In this document: one piece after another, positions 1 through 9,149 of the stretch
Layout of the letters: every line of letters starts with the position of its first letter
Numbering within the stretch: position 1 is the first letter of the stretch
NCBI GenBank assembly: GCA_043426715.1
Contig: JBHWRK010000003.1
Coordinates: 1 to 32,164, forward strand
Origin: Trueperella sp.
GTDB lineage: Bacteria > Actinomycetota > Actinomycetes > Actinomycetales > Actinomycetaceae
Direction: 5' to 3'
DNA: 32,164 bases
Program-made: the position numbers and the translations under genes
The notes under the pieces: model-generated
The model's database searches: none
The model's input: only the letters and a program-made list of their open reading frames with translations
Told to the model about the DNA's origin: nothing

Positions 1-14
1 CTAACACACGTCGC

Positions 15-54
15 GCGGCGTCGTCGTTATCCCTGAGGGGAACGACGACGCCGC
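15..54. terminator. Intrinsic terminator-like hairpin downstream of the TetR gene (possibly bidirectional)
   Basis: Perfect 14-bp inverted repeat GCGGCGTCGTCGTT (15-28) / AACGACGACGCCGC (41-54), about 20 nt past the TetR stop at 76. Confidence 0.7.
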
Positions 55-75
55 TCGGCTTTGCGTGGAATCGCG

Positions 76-684
76 CTATAGATCCGTGGCACCGCGATAT
101 CGGAACAGACTTTCGAGCGCCTCGGCAAGCATCGCCGAGACGTCCGCGTTCGGGGCGTTGAGCGCGTGCATTAGCAACCCGTCGTAGAGGGCAAAGATTG
201 ATGTGGACATCGTGACGTCCGTGTCGGGCGGTAGCACGCCCTTGCCCATGAAAAGGATGACCTGATCGGCGATCTCCCCCACGACGCGTTCGTATCGGCG
301 TTCAAGCCACTCATTGGCCACCGTGTTGGAGCCCGGCGTTCCGGATTCGGAACTGAAATACATACGCAACCGCAGGAGTTGCGGGCGGCGCAATTCGCCG
401 CGGAACGCATCGACAACACGGTCAATGAAGTCGCGAACCGTTTTGGGAGCGTCACGGTCAGAGAACTGGCGCCGTTCCTCTTCCTCATGCTCTCTCAAAA
501 CCGCCACGAGAAGCTCTTCCTTCGAGCCGAAATGGTACAGAAGACCGGGATGCGTAATCCCTACCTTGGTGGCGATCGACCTCAGGGATGCCTGATCGTA
601 GCCGCCAGCCGCGAATTCTTCGAATGCTGCTTCAATGATCTGTGCACGTCTCTTCGCCGTGCCACGATATTCTCCGCGGCCCAT
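76..684 (-). CDS. TetR/AcrR family transcriptional regulator
   Basis: N-terminal TetR HTH (RRAQIIEAAFEEFAAGGYDQASLRSIATKVGITHPGLLYHFGSKEELL). Start moved from 768 to the ATG at 684 (MGRGEYRG), which gives a typical ~200 aa length. Confidence 0.9.
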   Translation of the reverse strand: MGRGEYRGTAKRRAQIIEAAFEEFAAGGYDQASLRSIATKVGITHPGLLYHFGSKEELLVAVLREHEEEERRQFSDRDAPKTVRDFIDRVVDAFRGELRRPQLLRLRMYFSSESGTPGSNTVANEWLERRYERVVGEIADQVILFMGKGVLPPDTDVTMSTSIFALYDGLLMHALNAPNADVSAMLAEALESLFRYRGATDL

Positions 685-890
685 GTCCCTGCTCTCTATA
701 CGCCTGACGAATCCTTTACTCGACCATACAGTGCGCTCGAACGATCCACCTGCCAAATTCGGCGTCAAACGCGCCTAGCACGCACTAACCGGACGACCGG
801 GCGAATCGAGTCACATGTGTGCTCGTTAGTTGGAAAGGCATGTTCGGAGTAAGGTTCACTATATTGTTGACCCATATTCAAGGAGGACAC

Positions 891-1997
891 ATGCTCATCG
901 GTGTACCCACTGAGGTCAAAAATAATGAATATCGCGTGGCGATCACCCCACTCGGTGTGAATGAACTGGTTCGGCGCGGCCACGAGGTGGTCATTCAAAG
1001 CGGCGCGGGAGTGGGATCGTCGATTACGGACGAGGCCTACGCCGAGGTTGGCGCACGAATTGTGGAGGAAGCGGCCACCGTGTGGAGCGAGGCTGAGATG
1101 GTCCTCAAGGTTAAGGAACCATTGCCCGAAGAGTATTCCCTCATGCGCGAGGGCCAAGTGCTGTTCGCATACCTGCACCTCGCGGCCGCCGAAGACCTCA
1201 CCCGCGAGCTACTTGAGCGGAAGGTCACCGCGTTCGCGTATGAGACCGTGGAGTCACCCGATGGAAAGCTCCCGCTCCTTGCCCCCATGTCCGAGGTTGC
1301 AGGCCGTCTAGCTGCACAGATCGCCGCCCACATGATGCTCAAAGTGGCTGGCGGCCGCGGCATCCTGATGGGCGGAGTGCCCGGGACCCGCCCAGCAAAC
1401 GTCGTCGTTCTTGGTGGTGGAACCGTCGGCTTCCAAGCGGCCCGCATTTCATCGGCGATGGGTGCGAACGTGACCGTCTATGACGTGGACTTTGGCCGCA
1501 TGTCCTACATTGATGACATCACGGCCGGTCGCATCCACACCGAATACTCCACCGAGCTATCAGTGGCACGTGGCATCGAAAATGCGGACGTCGTGATCGG
1601 CTCCGTCCTCATGCCCGGTGCACGCACGCCTCAGCTGGTGAGTAACGAGATGATCAAGAAGATGAAGCCGGGATCCGTGCTCGTCGACGTGGCTATTGAT
1701 CAGGGCGGTTGTTTTGAAGCATCCCGCCCCACCACACACGACAATCCGACCTTCGAACATGAGGGCATGATCTTTTACTGCGTGGGCAACATGCCGGGCT
1801 CGGTGCCCTACACGTCCACGTATGCCTTGACAAATGCCACACTCAAGTACGTCACCCGGATGGCCGACGTCGGCTGGGAACAGGCGATGCGCGACATGCC
1901 CGATTTGGCGCAAGGCCTCTCGACCTTCGACGGCAAGCTGTACGAACCCGGCGTCGCCGATGCTTTCGACCTCGAGCTCTCTACGTTTCAAGCATAA
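891..1997 (+). CDS. ald: Alanine dehydrogenase
   Basis: MLIGVPTEVKNNEYRVAITP N-terminus, KVKEP, YLHLAA, LPLLAPMSEVAGR, GGGTVG NAD-binding motif, VDVAIDQGGCFE, NMPG. AGGAGG RBS precedes the ATG at 891. Confidence 0.97.
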   Translation: MLIGVPTEVKNNEYRVAITPLGVNELVRRGHEVVIQSGAGVGSSITDEAYAEVGARIVEEAATVWSEAEMVLKVKEPLPEEYSLMREGQVLFAYLHLAAAEDLTRELLERKVTAFAYETVESPDGKLPLLAPMSEVAGRLAAQIAAHMMLKVAGGRGILMGGVPGTRPANVVVLGGGTVGFQAARISSAMGANVTVYDVDFGRMSYIDDITAGRIHTEYSTELSVARGIENADVVIGSVLMPGARTPQLVSNEMIKKMKPGSVLVDVAIDQGGCFEASRPTTHDNPTFEHEGMIFYCVGNMPGSVPYTSTYALTNATLKYVTRMADVGWEQAMRDMPDLAQGLSTFDGKLYEPGVADAFDLELSTFQA

Positions 1998-2046
1998 AAC
2001 TCCGGCGATCGGCCCGAGATGAATGGGGCGCGAGTACGCTGGACTC

Positions 2047-3183
2047 ATGGCTCTAGCGAACTTTGCGCGAAATTTTGAAGACTCATTGAACCGGCGAAAT
2101 ATCGTCCGACGCCGTAACCAGGGCTGGCTCCCAAGGCTCACCGGATACACGGGATACGGCTCAATTCATGGTGCCAAAGTGTTGGCGCGTGCCATCATGG
2201 CGGACCCAAATGAGGACACGAAGCCGTTCGAGCTACCCTTTCTTCCGGCGACCACGCATTCGTTCACGAGCCAAGGAGTGCGTGACATGGCCGCGCTCGC
2301 CACGGAGCAGGCCGAGCATGCCCAGCGCGGGTGGCGCCAGTTCTTCACCACACTGGTCGGGTTCTTACCGGTCACAGTGACGCTCGGACGTCAGACCATC
2401 CACACCCGCACCGATCGCTCAGGGTATGTGGATCTGCTCATTGAAGACCACGGGCTGGAGCCCGGGTGGCATGAAGCGACCCTCACGCCGTCTGCAGGCG
2501 AAACGATCACCGCGCCGGTCATGATCGTCTCGCCAAGTGCGACCAGCGGACTCGTGTCCGACATTGATGACACGATCGTCGTCACGTCCCTTCCGCGAGC
2601 GCTCATCGCCGCCTACAACGCGTTCATTTTGCACACAAATTTGCGCGAGCCCATTCCTGGCATGGCGCAGTTCTACAAGTATCTGCTCGAGCCCACGCCG
2701 GACGCTCCGGTGTTCTACCTGTCGACGGGCGCGTGGAACGTGTACTCCTCGATGTTGAAGTTTATCCAGCAAAATGAACTGCCGATCGGCCCGATGCTCA
2801 TGACGGATTGGGGGCCAACGCCAACAGGCATGTTCCGCTCAGGCATGGAACATAAGAAGACTCAACTACGCAACTTGCTCATTATGTTTCCGAACATTCA
2901 GTGGTATCTCATAGGCGACGACGGGCAGCATGATCCGATCATCTATGACGACCTTGCGCGCGAGTATCCACGGCGTGTTCGCGGCATTGGCCTGCGCACA
3001 CTGGATCCGATCGAGCAGGTCCTCTCGCACGGCACTACCGAAGCGACGCAGAGCTCGCGCAAAGACATCGACATCGAGGACGATGGCGTGCCCATCATTC
3101 GTGGCGCGGACGGCTTTGAGCTCCTACGTAAGGCCCAGCATTTCGCGGATAATCAGGGCGGGCGACGCCAACCGAAACGGTGA
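2047..3183 (+). CDS. App1-family (DUF2183) phosphatidate phosphatase-like HAD protein
   Basis: Catalytic DIDDT motif (GLVSDIDDT), FYLSTGAWN, GPMLMTDWGPT, LIGDDGQHDP. Start placed at ATG 2047, 6 nt after a TACGCT -10-like hexamer. Confidence 0.85.
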   Translation: MALANFARNFEDSLNRRNIVRRRNQGWLPRLTGYTGYGSIHGAKVLARAIMADPNEDTKPFELPFLPATTHSFTSQGVRDMAALATEQAEHAQRGWRQFFTTLVGFLPVTVTLGRQTIHTRTDRSGYVDLLIEDHGLEPGWHEATLTPSAGETITAPVMIVSPSATSGLVSDIDDTIVVTSLPRALIAAYNAFILHTNLREPIPGMAQFYKYLLEPTPDAPVFYLSTGAWNVYSSMLKFIQQNELPIGPMLMTDWGPTPTGMFRSGMEHKKTQLRNLLIMFPNIQWYLIGDDGQHDPIIYDDLAREYPRRVRGIGLRTLDPIEQVLSHGTTEATQSSRKDIDIEDDGVPIIRGADGFELLRKAQHFADNQGGRRQPKR

Positions 3184-3257
3184 GGCTGATGCACGGATTG
3201 CCGGTGGAACCAAAACGTATAGTTCTACGCCGGCTCTTCGCCGAGCATCGTTAAAAG

Positions 3258-4232
3258 CTAGAACCCACGCGGTTGGGAACTACGCACGATGCGCTCGCCC
3301 ATGTCAGCCAGATCAGCGCCAGTCATGCCCGGCCAGCCGAAGAGGGCGTCCTTCCACTTCTGTGGAACTGCGCTCTCGCCCCACCGTGCACCGAGTAAGG
3401 CGCCAGCGATCGCTGCCACGGTGTCCGTATCGCCGCCGAGCTTGACTGCACGGCGGACCCCGTCGTACACGGCAGCTTCGCCGAAGTAGTCCTTCGTGGC
3501 ATTGACGGCGAACCACGCACACTGCAAGGCGGACACGGTATAGCCGTTGGTCCTTGGCGTGACGAGGCCTCGATCGGCGTCGTCGATCAGCGCCGACCAC
3601 TTGTCTCGCGAATCCTCGAGCAGCAAGTCGAGGCCCACACGAATGTCGAGCACGCCGTCGATGACGGCCACGCGCATTGCTTCCGCCCACAACACGCATG
3701 ATTCTTCAACTTCGCGATCATGGTGGGTGAGGGATGCAATGTCTTTCGCGGCCTGCGCGGTGAGGTCCCTATCCCAGAGGAAAGAGATTCCGATTGGCGC
3801 AATGCGCGCGAGTGCGCCATTACCCGCCGAACGGTCTGTACTCGCGCTGAACTCGCGGGCTGCCATGCGCAGACGATCGGACACATCGCCGTCGAGCTTC
3901 GCGGCCCGGCCAATGACAGCGCGGGTTTGAATGCCAATATCGGATGCGCCGTCCATCATCCAGGTGATGAAGTTCTGGCCGATGTCGTCGTGCGCGGCGT
4001 CCGAGGTGAGGCGTACGCCAGAATCGGCCACGGACGCGATACAGATCGCCATCTGCGTATCGTCCGACCATTCACCGGGCGCATACGGGCCAAGGCCACC
4101 TCCGATCATCTGAGGATCGTCAGTGGCCTTGGCAAATTCATAGGGCACGCCGAGGGCGTCGCCTGCCGCGGATGCAAGCAATGCACCGCGGGCGCGGTCG
4201 ATCATGAGATCTGTGAGCTCAAAAGTTTCCAT
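3258..4232 (-). CDS. ADP-ribosylglycohydrolase (DraG/ARH family)
   Basis: DRARGALLASAAGDALGVPYEF, WSDDTQM, AGNGALAR, LTH and GGDTDTVAAIAGALLGA motifs. GGAGG RBS. Confidence 0.93.
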   Translation of the reverse strand: METFELTDLMIDRARGALLASAAGDALGVPYEFAKATDDPQMIGGGLGPYAPGEWSDDTQMAICIASVADSGVRLTSDAAHDDIGQNFITWMMDGASDIGIQTRAVIGRAAKLDGDVSDRLRMAAREFSASTDRSAGNGALARIAPIGISFLWDRDLTAQAAKDIASLTHHDREVEESCVLWAEAMRVAVIDGVLDIRVGLDLLLEDSRDKWSALIDDADRGLVTPRTNGYTVSALQCAWFAVNATKDYFGEAAVYDGVRRAVKLGGDTDTVAAIAGALLGARWGESAVPQKWKDALFGWPGMTGADLADMGERIVRSSQPRGF

Positions 4233-4303
4233 GGGTACCTCCTGCGAGACTCCCCTAGTGTATCCCCGATCACACCTCGCGATTTGACGTTTTCTGCGCT
4301 ATC

Positions 4304-4606
4304 TCACTTCTCGGGCGGCAAAGGCACCGCTTCGACGCGAATTTCTTCGACAACCACCTCGTCGTCGTTCTTCACCTTGTCCTTCACCGCGTCGGCCGCC
4401 TCGTGGAACTTCGCCGACGCCGCACCCTGAGCCTGCTGGAAGGTTTCCGCTGCCTGGTTGCGAACCTTCGAGCGCCCTTGACGCACCGTGCTCGAATCCC
4501 ACACCCTCTTCACGTTGTGCTTAATCTGCTCGTAGCGGCCGCGCCCCGCGCGTGCCCCAAGAACATATCCAATTGCGCCGACAGTCAATGTCCGAAGCAA
4601 ACCCAT
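4304..4606 (-). CDS. Small membrane-anchored protein, YtxH-like (GYVLGARAGRGRYEQIK actinobacterial family)
   Basis: N-terminal hydrophobic stretch, the recurrent actinobacterial motif GYVLGARAGR.RYEQI, and an acidic/helical tail. AAAGGAGA RBS before ATG 4606. Confidence 0.75.
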   Translation of the reverse strand: MGLLRTLTVGAIGYVLGARAGRGRYEQIKHNVKRVWDSSTVRQGRSKVRNQAAETFQQAQGAASAKFHEAADAVKDKVKNDDEVVVEEIRVEAVPLPPEK

Positions 4607-4749
4607 GATTTCTCCTTTGTTAGATCTGCCCAAGTGTAACCCGCGACACTGGTCAATTTAACCGATCTAGGCAAAATTTGCGTAGCGCTGAATCGCTGGG
4701 ATTGGTAGGTCGCGGACCCGAATACGCGCACGTTACCAGGCATCCCGCA

Positions 4750-5778
4750 TTAGTTTGCAAGCGGAGCGAGCCGTACGATGATGCCGCGATGGTCGGAGTT
4801 GCCGAGCTCAATTTGCATCGCGTCCACACCTTCAAACGATCCGTCGTGGAGCACGCGGTCGATCGGCGTGCCTAGCACGTTCGGCAGACGACTCGGCCAC
4901 GTGCCCAATCCGCCCGATCCACCTTCGATGGCGCCGTCCCTACAGTCGGCGCCGAGGATCATCTGATGATCGATCGTCGAGTTAAAGTCCCCGGCGATGA
5001 TGAACGGCCCCGTGCCAGAACACAGCCCGTAAATGGCTTCGATGTCGGTACGCCACCGTTCGAGGCCCTCAAGCGTAGGTGCGAAGGGGTGAACAGCCAC
5101 GATGCGTGGGCCCTGGCCTGAAGCGGGCGTCGCAGTGACGGAGGCCGGAAGCCCGTCAGCGGAGGAAACCTGCGCGTACTCTCCCATCGTCGTCGCCACT
5201 AACATCACCGTGGATTCAAATTCCGTCGCGTATTCGTCTGTGCCGGTATCGAACTGCTGGAAGTCGGCTCCCCGAGCGCGGAGGTTGTCCGCCATCTGCG
5301 CACCTCGCGCTGTGGACGTTTCGGTCAGAACGACGACGTCCACGCCGTTGTGTTGGATGGCATCGGCGAGCGCGTCGGCATCGATACTACCGCCGAGCGT
5401 GTTATAGGTGAGCACGGTGATCTCGCCGCTGCCGTACCCGGCGCTGGTGATCCCGCGGTCGGGGCCGAGTTGATCCGGGTTTTCGAGTCCGCGTGCCCAC
5501 ACTGTTCCGCCATGGACAGTGGCCATCAGCAAGTACATGAGGCCAGTGGCGAGAGCGATACGGCCCGCGTCCACGAGCTTGTAACGGATGAGCGAGAAGA
5601 TGAGGAGGAATATCGCGACGCCAGCGAACGCAATAAAGAGCCAGGAGCGAACGGCGATGAGGTGGGCAATCGGGGTAGACAGTGCCAGCTCGGCAAATCC
5701 AGGGATGAGGTCTGGACGGAGCGTGAGCGCGCCAAGGCCGACCAAAATCGTGGCGAAAAAGCCCCAGACAAACTTCAT
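4750..5778 (-). CDS. Membrane-anchored endonuclease/exonuclease/phosphatase (EEP) family protein
   Basis: About three N-terminal hydrophobic segments followed by EEP motifs LTYNT, VVLTE, IAGDFNS, IDRV and SDH. GGAGGT RBS before ATG 5778. Confidence 0.88.
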   Translation of the reverse strand: MKFVWGFFATILVGLGALTLRPDLIPGFAELALSTPIAHLIAVRSWLFIAFAGVAIFLLIFSLIRYKLVDAGRIALATGLMYLLMATVHGGTVWARGLENPDQLGPDRGITSAGYGSGEITVLTYNTLGGSIDADALADAIQHNGVDVVVLTETSTARGAQMADNLRARGADFQQFDTGTDEYATEFESTVMLVATTMGEYAQVSSADGLPASVTATPASGQGPRIVAVHPFAPTLEGLERWRTDIEAIYGLCSGTGPFIIAGDFNSTIDHQMILGADCRDGAIEGGSGGLGTWPSRLPNVLGTPIDRVLHDGSFEGVDAMQIELGNSDHRGIIVRLAPLAN

Positions 5779-5815
5779 GTAACCTCCATTCACCGAGTGT
5801 TCGGCACGGTCGAGT

Positions 5816-6079
5816 CTAGCGAGCGAAGCCGTTCAGCCGGAGATGATCTTCCGCGCGTGGCTCGATCACCCGCTCGGCTTCTGTGGTCGTGCCATCGGCG
5901 CCTGCGGAAAACGCAATGGATAAGCCACCCGTCATGCTAGCACCGGGTGCGCAGTATGCTCCCCGGACCTTGCGACCGCTCACCTCGAAGTTATCGCGCA
6001 CAGATTCGTCGAAGGTACGCATGGTCGGATCAATGTTTTCAGGCCGGTCGCGCTCCAAAAGTGCGACGACATGGGGCAC
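5816..6079 (-). CDS. Hypothetical small ORF or gene remnant
   Basis: An 87-aa ORF fills an otherwise empty gap and is co-oriented with its neighbours. It has no convincing RBS and no motif I recognise. Confidence 0.25.
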   Translation of the reverse strand: MPHVVALLERDRPENIDPTMRTFDESVRDNFEVSGRKVRGAYCAPGASMTGGLSIAFSAGADGTTTEAERVIEPRAEDHLRLNGFAR

Positions 6080-6185
6080 CCGTTGGCCTTCCAGCCATCA
6101 TGTGGCAGGCGCTCTTCTTCAACACGGCGAACATGCGATCCGAAACACCCCGACGGAAACAGCCAAATCGCTCTACAAGCAACGC

Positions 6186-6217
6186 GAAGGGCACCGAGCC
6201 AAAGCCCGGTGCCCTTC
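6186..6217 (-). terminator. Hairpin terminator of the uxuB-uxuA-eda-kdgK operon
   Basis: GAAGGGCACCG (6186-6196) / CGGTGCCCTTC (6207-6217), a perfect 11-bp stem 100 nt downstream of the kdgK stop. Confidence 0.7.
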
Positions 6218-6316
6218 TGTAAGCGCTGATGAGGTGCGCTCGCGGTTACTTCGTGCTCAACGAGTGATCATCTCGACTCGTCGAGCATGCTCGTAGCACC
6301 TGCGCTAGAGATGCGT

Positions 6317-7420
6317 TTAGCGCTGGACGCGTGCGGAGCCGCCTGCCACAACACGCTCGATCTCCTCGAGCGACGCCATCGTGGTGTCACCCGGGGTGGT
6401 CTGAGCGAGTGCGCCGTGGGCCGCGCCGTACTCGACGGCGTCCTGGATCGAGTCCTTCTCCATGATGCCGTAGATGAGGCCAGTTGCGAACGAGTCGCCA
6501 CCACCAACGCGATCCATGATCTCGAGGCCGTCGCGCTGCGCTGCCTTAACGAAGCCCTGATCCTTGTGCCACGCCACTGCTGACCAATTGTTGATCGACG
6601 CGGTCACAACCTCGCGCATCGTCGTGCCGATGACCTGGAAGTTCGGGAAGTCCGCGCGTGCCAGGTCGATCATCTTCTGGAACGACTCAGTCTCGAGGCT
6701 GTCTAGGTTCTCGCCTGCTCCCTCGATCTCGAAACCGAGAGACGCCGTGAAGTCTTCCTCGTTACCGATCATGACATCGACGTACTGTGCGAGCTCGCGG
6801 TTAACGCGACGGCATTCCTCAAGGCCACCGTGCGCCTTCCACAGCGACGGACGGTAGTTCAGGTCGTAGGAAACGATCACACCGTGCTTCTTCGCGGCCT
6901 GCATGGCGGCCTTCGCCGTCTCAGCCGACTGCTCCGACAGTGCAGCGTAGATGCCACCCGTGTGGAGCCAGCGTGAACCATACTCACCAAAGAGCTTGTC
7001 CCAATCAATGTCTTCCGGCTTCATCTGCGAAACTGCTGTGTGGCCACGGTCGCTGGTTCCGACTGCGCCACGGATACCGAAGCCACGCTCGGTGAAGTTC
7101 AAACCATTGCGTGCCGCACCGCCGTAGCCGTCCGACTCAACCCACTTGATCCATTCGGTGTCCACGCCACCTGTCAGGATCATGTCTTCGACCAGTTTGC
7201 CGACTTCATCGTCAACAAGGGCAGTCACGATTGCCGAGCGCTTGCGAAATGCCTTGCGCATGCCACGAGCGACGTTGTACTCGCCGCCACCTTCCGATGC
7301 ACGGAAGTGCCGGGTCGTACGAATACGGCCCTCGCCCGGATCGAGACGAAGCATAACCTCGCCTAGGGAAACGACGTCGTAGCGGACTTCATCCGCCGGA
7401 CGCAAGTCAATCAAACTCAT
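6317..7420 (-). CDS. kdgK: 2-keto-3-deoxygluconate kinase (PfkB family)
   Basis: VVSLGEVMLRLDP, GGGEYNVA, WLHTGGI, SYDLNYRPSLW, GNEEDF, and the DRVGGGDSFA PfkB signature. The start overlaps the eda stop (ATGA), and the operon context fits. Confidence 0.9.
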   Translation of the reverse strand: MSLIDLRPADEVRYDVVSLGEVMLRLDPGEGRIRTTRHFRASEGGGEYNVARGMRKAFRKRSAIVTALVDDEVGKLVEDMILTGGVDTEWIKWVESDGYGGAARNGLNFTERGFGIRGAVGTSDRGHTAVSQMKPEDIDWDKLFGEYGSRWLHTGGIYAALSEQSAETAKAAMQAAKKHGVIVSYDLNYRPSLWKAHGGLEECRRVNRELAQYVDVMIGNEEDFTASLGFEIEGAGENLDSLETESFQKMIDLARADFPNFQVIGTTMREVVTASINNWSAVAWHKDQGFVKAAQRDGLEIMDRVGGGDSFATGLIYGIMEKDSIQDAVEYGAAHGALAQTTPGDTTMASLEEIERVVAGGSARVQR

Positions 7421-8064
7421 TTGCGTAGCTCCTTCACTCGCTCCGACGCTTCCTTGGAAAGCTCGGCAATCTTGTCGAATTCTTTGTTGTTGATGAGGTC
7501 TCGCTTGATCATCCACGATCCCGAGACTGCTGCGATGGCTGGATCGGTAATCCATTCTTCAAGGTTGTCCGGGTTAACGCCGCCCGAAGGCACAAAGGCC
7601 GTGTTCGGGAACGGGCCACGCAGAGCCTTGACCATCTTCAGTCCGCCGGCCTCGCCGCCGGGGAAGAACTTCACGGCGGTTGCGCCGCGATTGACTGCCT
7701 TCATGATTTCGGTGGCCGTCTGAACGCCCGGCAGGTACGGAATGTTACGCTCCGCCGCAACGTCAGCCACGCCGTCGTCCCAGCCCGGGGAGACGAAAAA
7801 CTTCGCCCCCTGGTCGGCGGCCCGTTCGGCTTGCTCGCGATTCAGGATAGTTCCTGCTCCGACGATCATGCCGTCAACGGCAGACATGTTCTTAATGGCG
7901 TCCGGGCCAGCAGCGGTCCGGAAAGTGATTTCCGCACAGCCGATTCCGCCCGCAACGAGCGCTTCGCCAACATCAACCGCGTCGTCGGCATCGTCAATCA
8001 CGACGACGGGAACAATCGGGTTGTCTTCCAGGAACGGCAGTGCGTCAGGGAGATTCTTCGCCAT
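7417..8064 (-). CDS. eda: KDPG/KHG aldolase
   Basis: IVPVVVI, AEITFRT, VGAGTI, FFVSPG, PGVQTATE, catalytic KFFP, PSGGV. Confidence 0.95.
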   Translation of the reverse strand: MAKNLPDALPFLEDNPIVPVVVIDDADDAVDVGEALVAGGIGCAEITFRTAAGPDAIKNMSAVDGMIVGAGTILNREQAERAADQGAKFFVSPGWDDGVADVAAERNIPYLPGVQTATEIMKAVNRGATAVKFFPGGEAGGLKMVKALRGPFPNTAFVPSGGVNPDNLEEWITDPAIAAVSGSWMIKRDLINNKEFDKIAELSKEASERVKELRK

Positions 8065-9149
8065 TACTTATCTTCCTTCTTGCGCTGAGCGTCGATGCCG
8101 TCCCACAGGCCGAGCAGGTACTGGGCGCCGAGCGCGCGGTCGTAGAGCGGGTAGCCCGGGCGACCGGTCTCGCCCCAGATCATGCGGCCGTGGTCGGGGC
8201 GCACGTAAACGTCTTCACCGAGGTCGTAGAGGACCTCAACGGCGCCAGCCATGTCGAGTTCGCCGTCGGCAGCCCAGTGGGCTGCTTCCTTGAACTTCTT
8301 CTCACCGAGGTACTTGACGTTGCGCAGGTGGGCGGCTGCGAGGCGGCCTTCGTCCGCAACGTACCTGAGGATATCGACGACGTCGTTATCCGGATTCGAA
8401 CCAAGCGAACCGATGCAAACACACAGTGAGTTTGCGCGCGAGTCATTGAGCTTGAGGATCTTTTGGATGTCGTCCTTGTTCTTGTAGCCGCGCGGGATGC
8501 CGAAGAGGTCCCATGCCGGATCGTCCGGATGACATGCCATGCGGATGCCAACCTTTTCACAGGTAGGAACGATCGCATCGAGGAAGTACTTCCAGTTCTC
8601 GCGGAGCTTTTCTACGGTCATGTCCTGGTAGAGCTCCATGACTTCGTCAAGGCGCGCGAGACGCTCGGGCTCCCAGCCAGGAAGCGTGAGACCTTCGGAT
8701 TCCTCCTCAGTCTTATTAACGATGTCCTGCGGGGTCATGCCCTCGACCTCAGCATGGTCATAGTAGAGACACGTGGATCCGTCTTCATTGACGTGTGCCA
8801 GTTCTGTACGGAGCCAGTCGAAGACAGGCATGAAGTTGTAGACAACAACCTTGATGCCGAACTCTGCAAGGTTTTCGAGCGTCACCTTGTAATTTTCGAT
8901 GTACTCATCACGAGTGTCGAGGCCGAGCTTGATGTCCTCGTGGACGTTGACGGACTCGATAATTTCGCACTCAAGGCCAGCGGCGTTGACGCCGTCGACA
9001 AGTTCCTTGATCTCGTCCTTATCCCAGACTTCGCCCGCCTGCTTGTAGTTGAGCGTGCCCATAATGCCGGTCATGCCCGGGATCTGCTTGATGTACTGGA
9101 GCGGGATCGGGTCGTGCCCTTCGCCGTACCAGCGGAATGTCATCTTCAT
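8064..9149 (-). CDS. uxuA: Mannonate dehydratase
   Basis: [59 protein letters not shown]. Confidence 0.96.
   Translation of the reverse strand: MKMTFRWYGEGHDPIPLQYIKQIPGMTGIMGTLNYKQAGEVWDKDEIKELVDGVNAAGLECEIIESVNVHEDIKLGLDTRDEYIENYKVTLENLAEFGIKVVVYNFMPVFDWLRTELAHVNEDGSTCLYYDHAEVEGMTPQDIVNKTEEESEGLTLPGWEPERLARLDEVMELYQDMTVEKLRENWKYFLDAIVPTCEKVGIRMACHPDDPAWDLFGIPRGYKNKDDIQKILKLNDSRANSLCVCIGSLGSNPDNDVVDILRYVADEGRLAAAHLRNVKYLGEKKFKEAAHWAADGELDMAGAVEVLYDLGEDVYVRPDHGRMIWGETGRPGYPLYDRALGAQYLLGLWDGIDAQRKKEDK

Noticed and set aside
819..890. N-terminal extensions in the ORF track (ald 819, kdgK 7555, acyltransferase 14945, kinase 25750, TetR 768)
   Set aside because: Downstream starts have an RBS, a -10 hexamer, translational coupling or a family-typical N-terminus. 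Some extensions overlap neighbouring genes.
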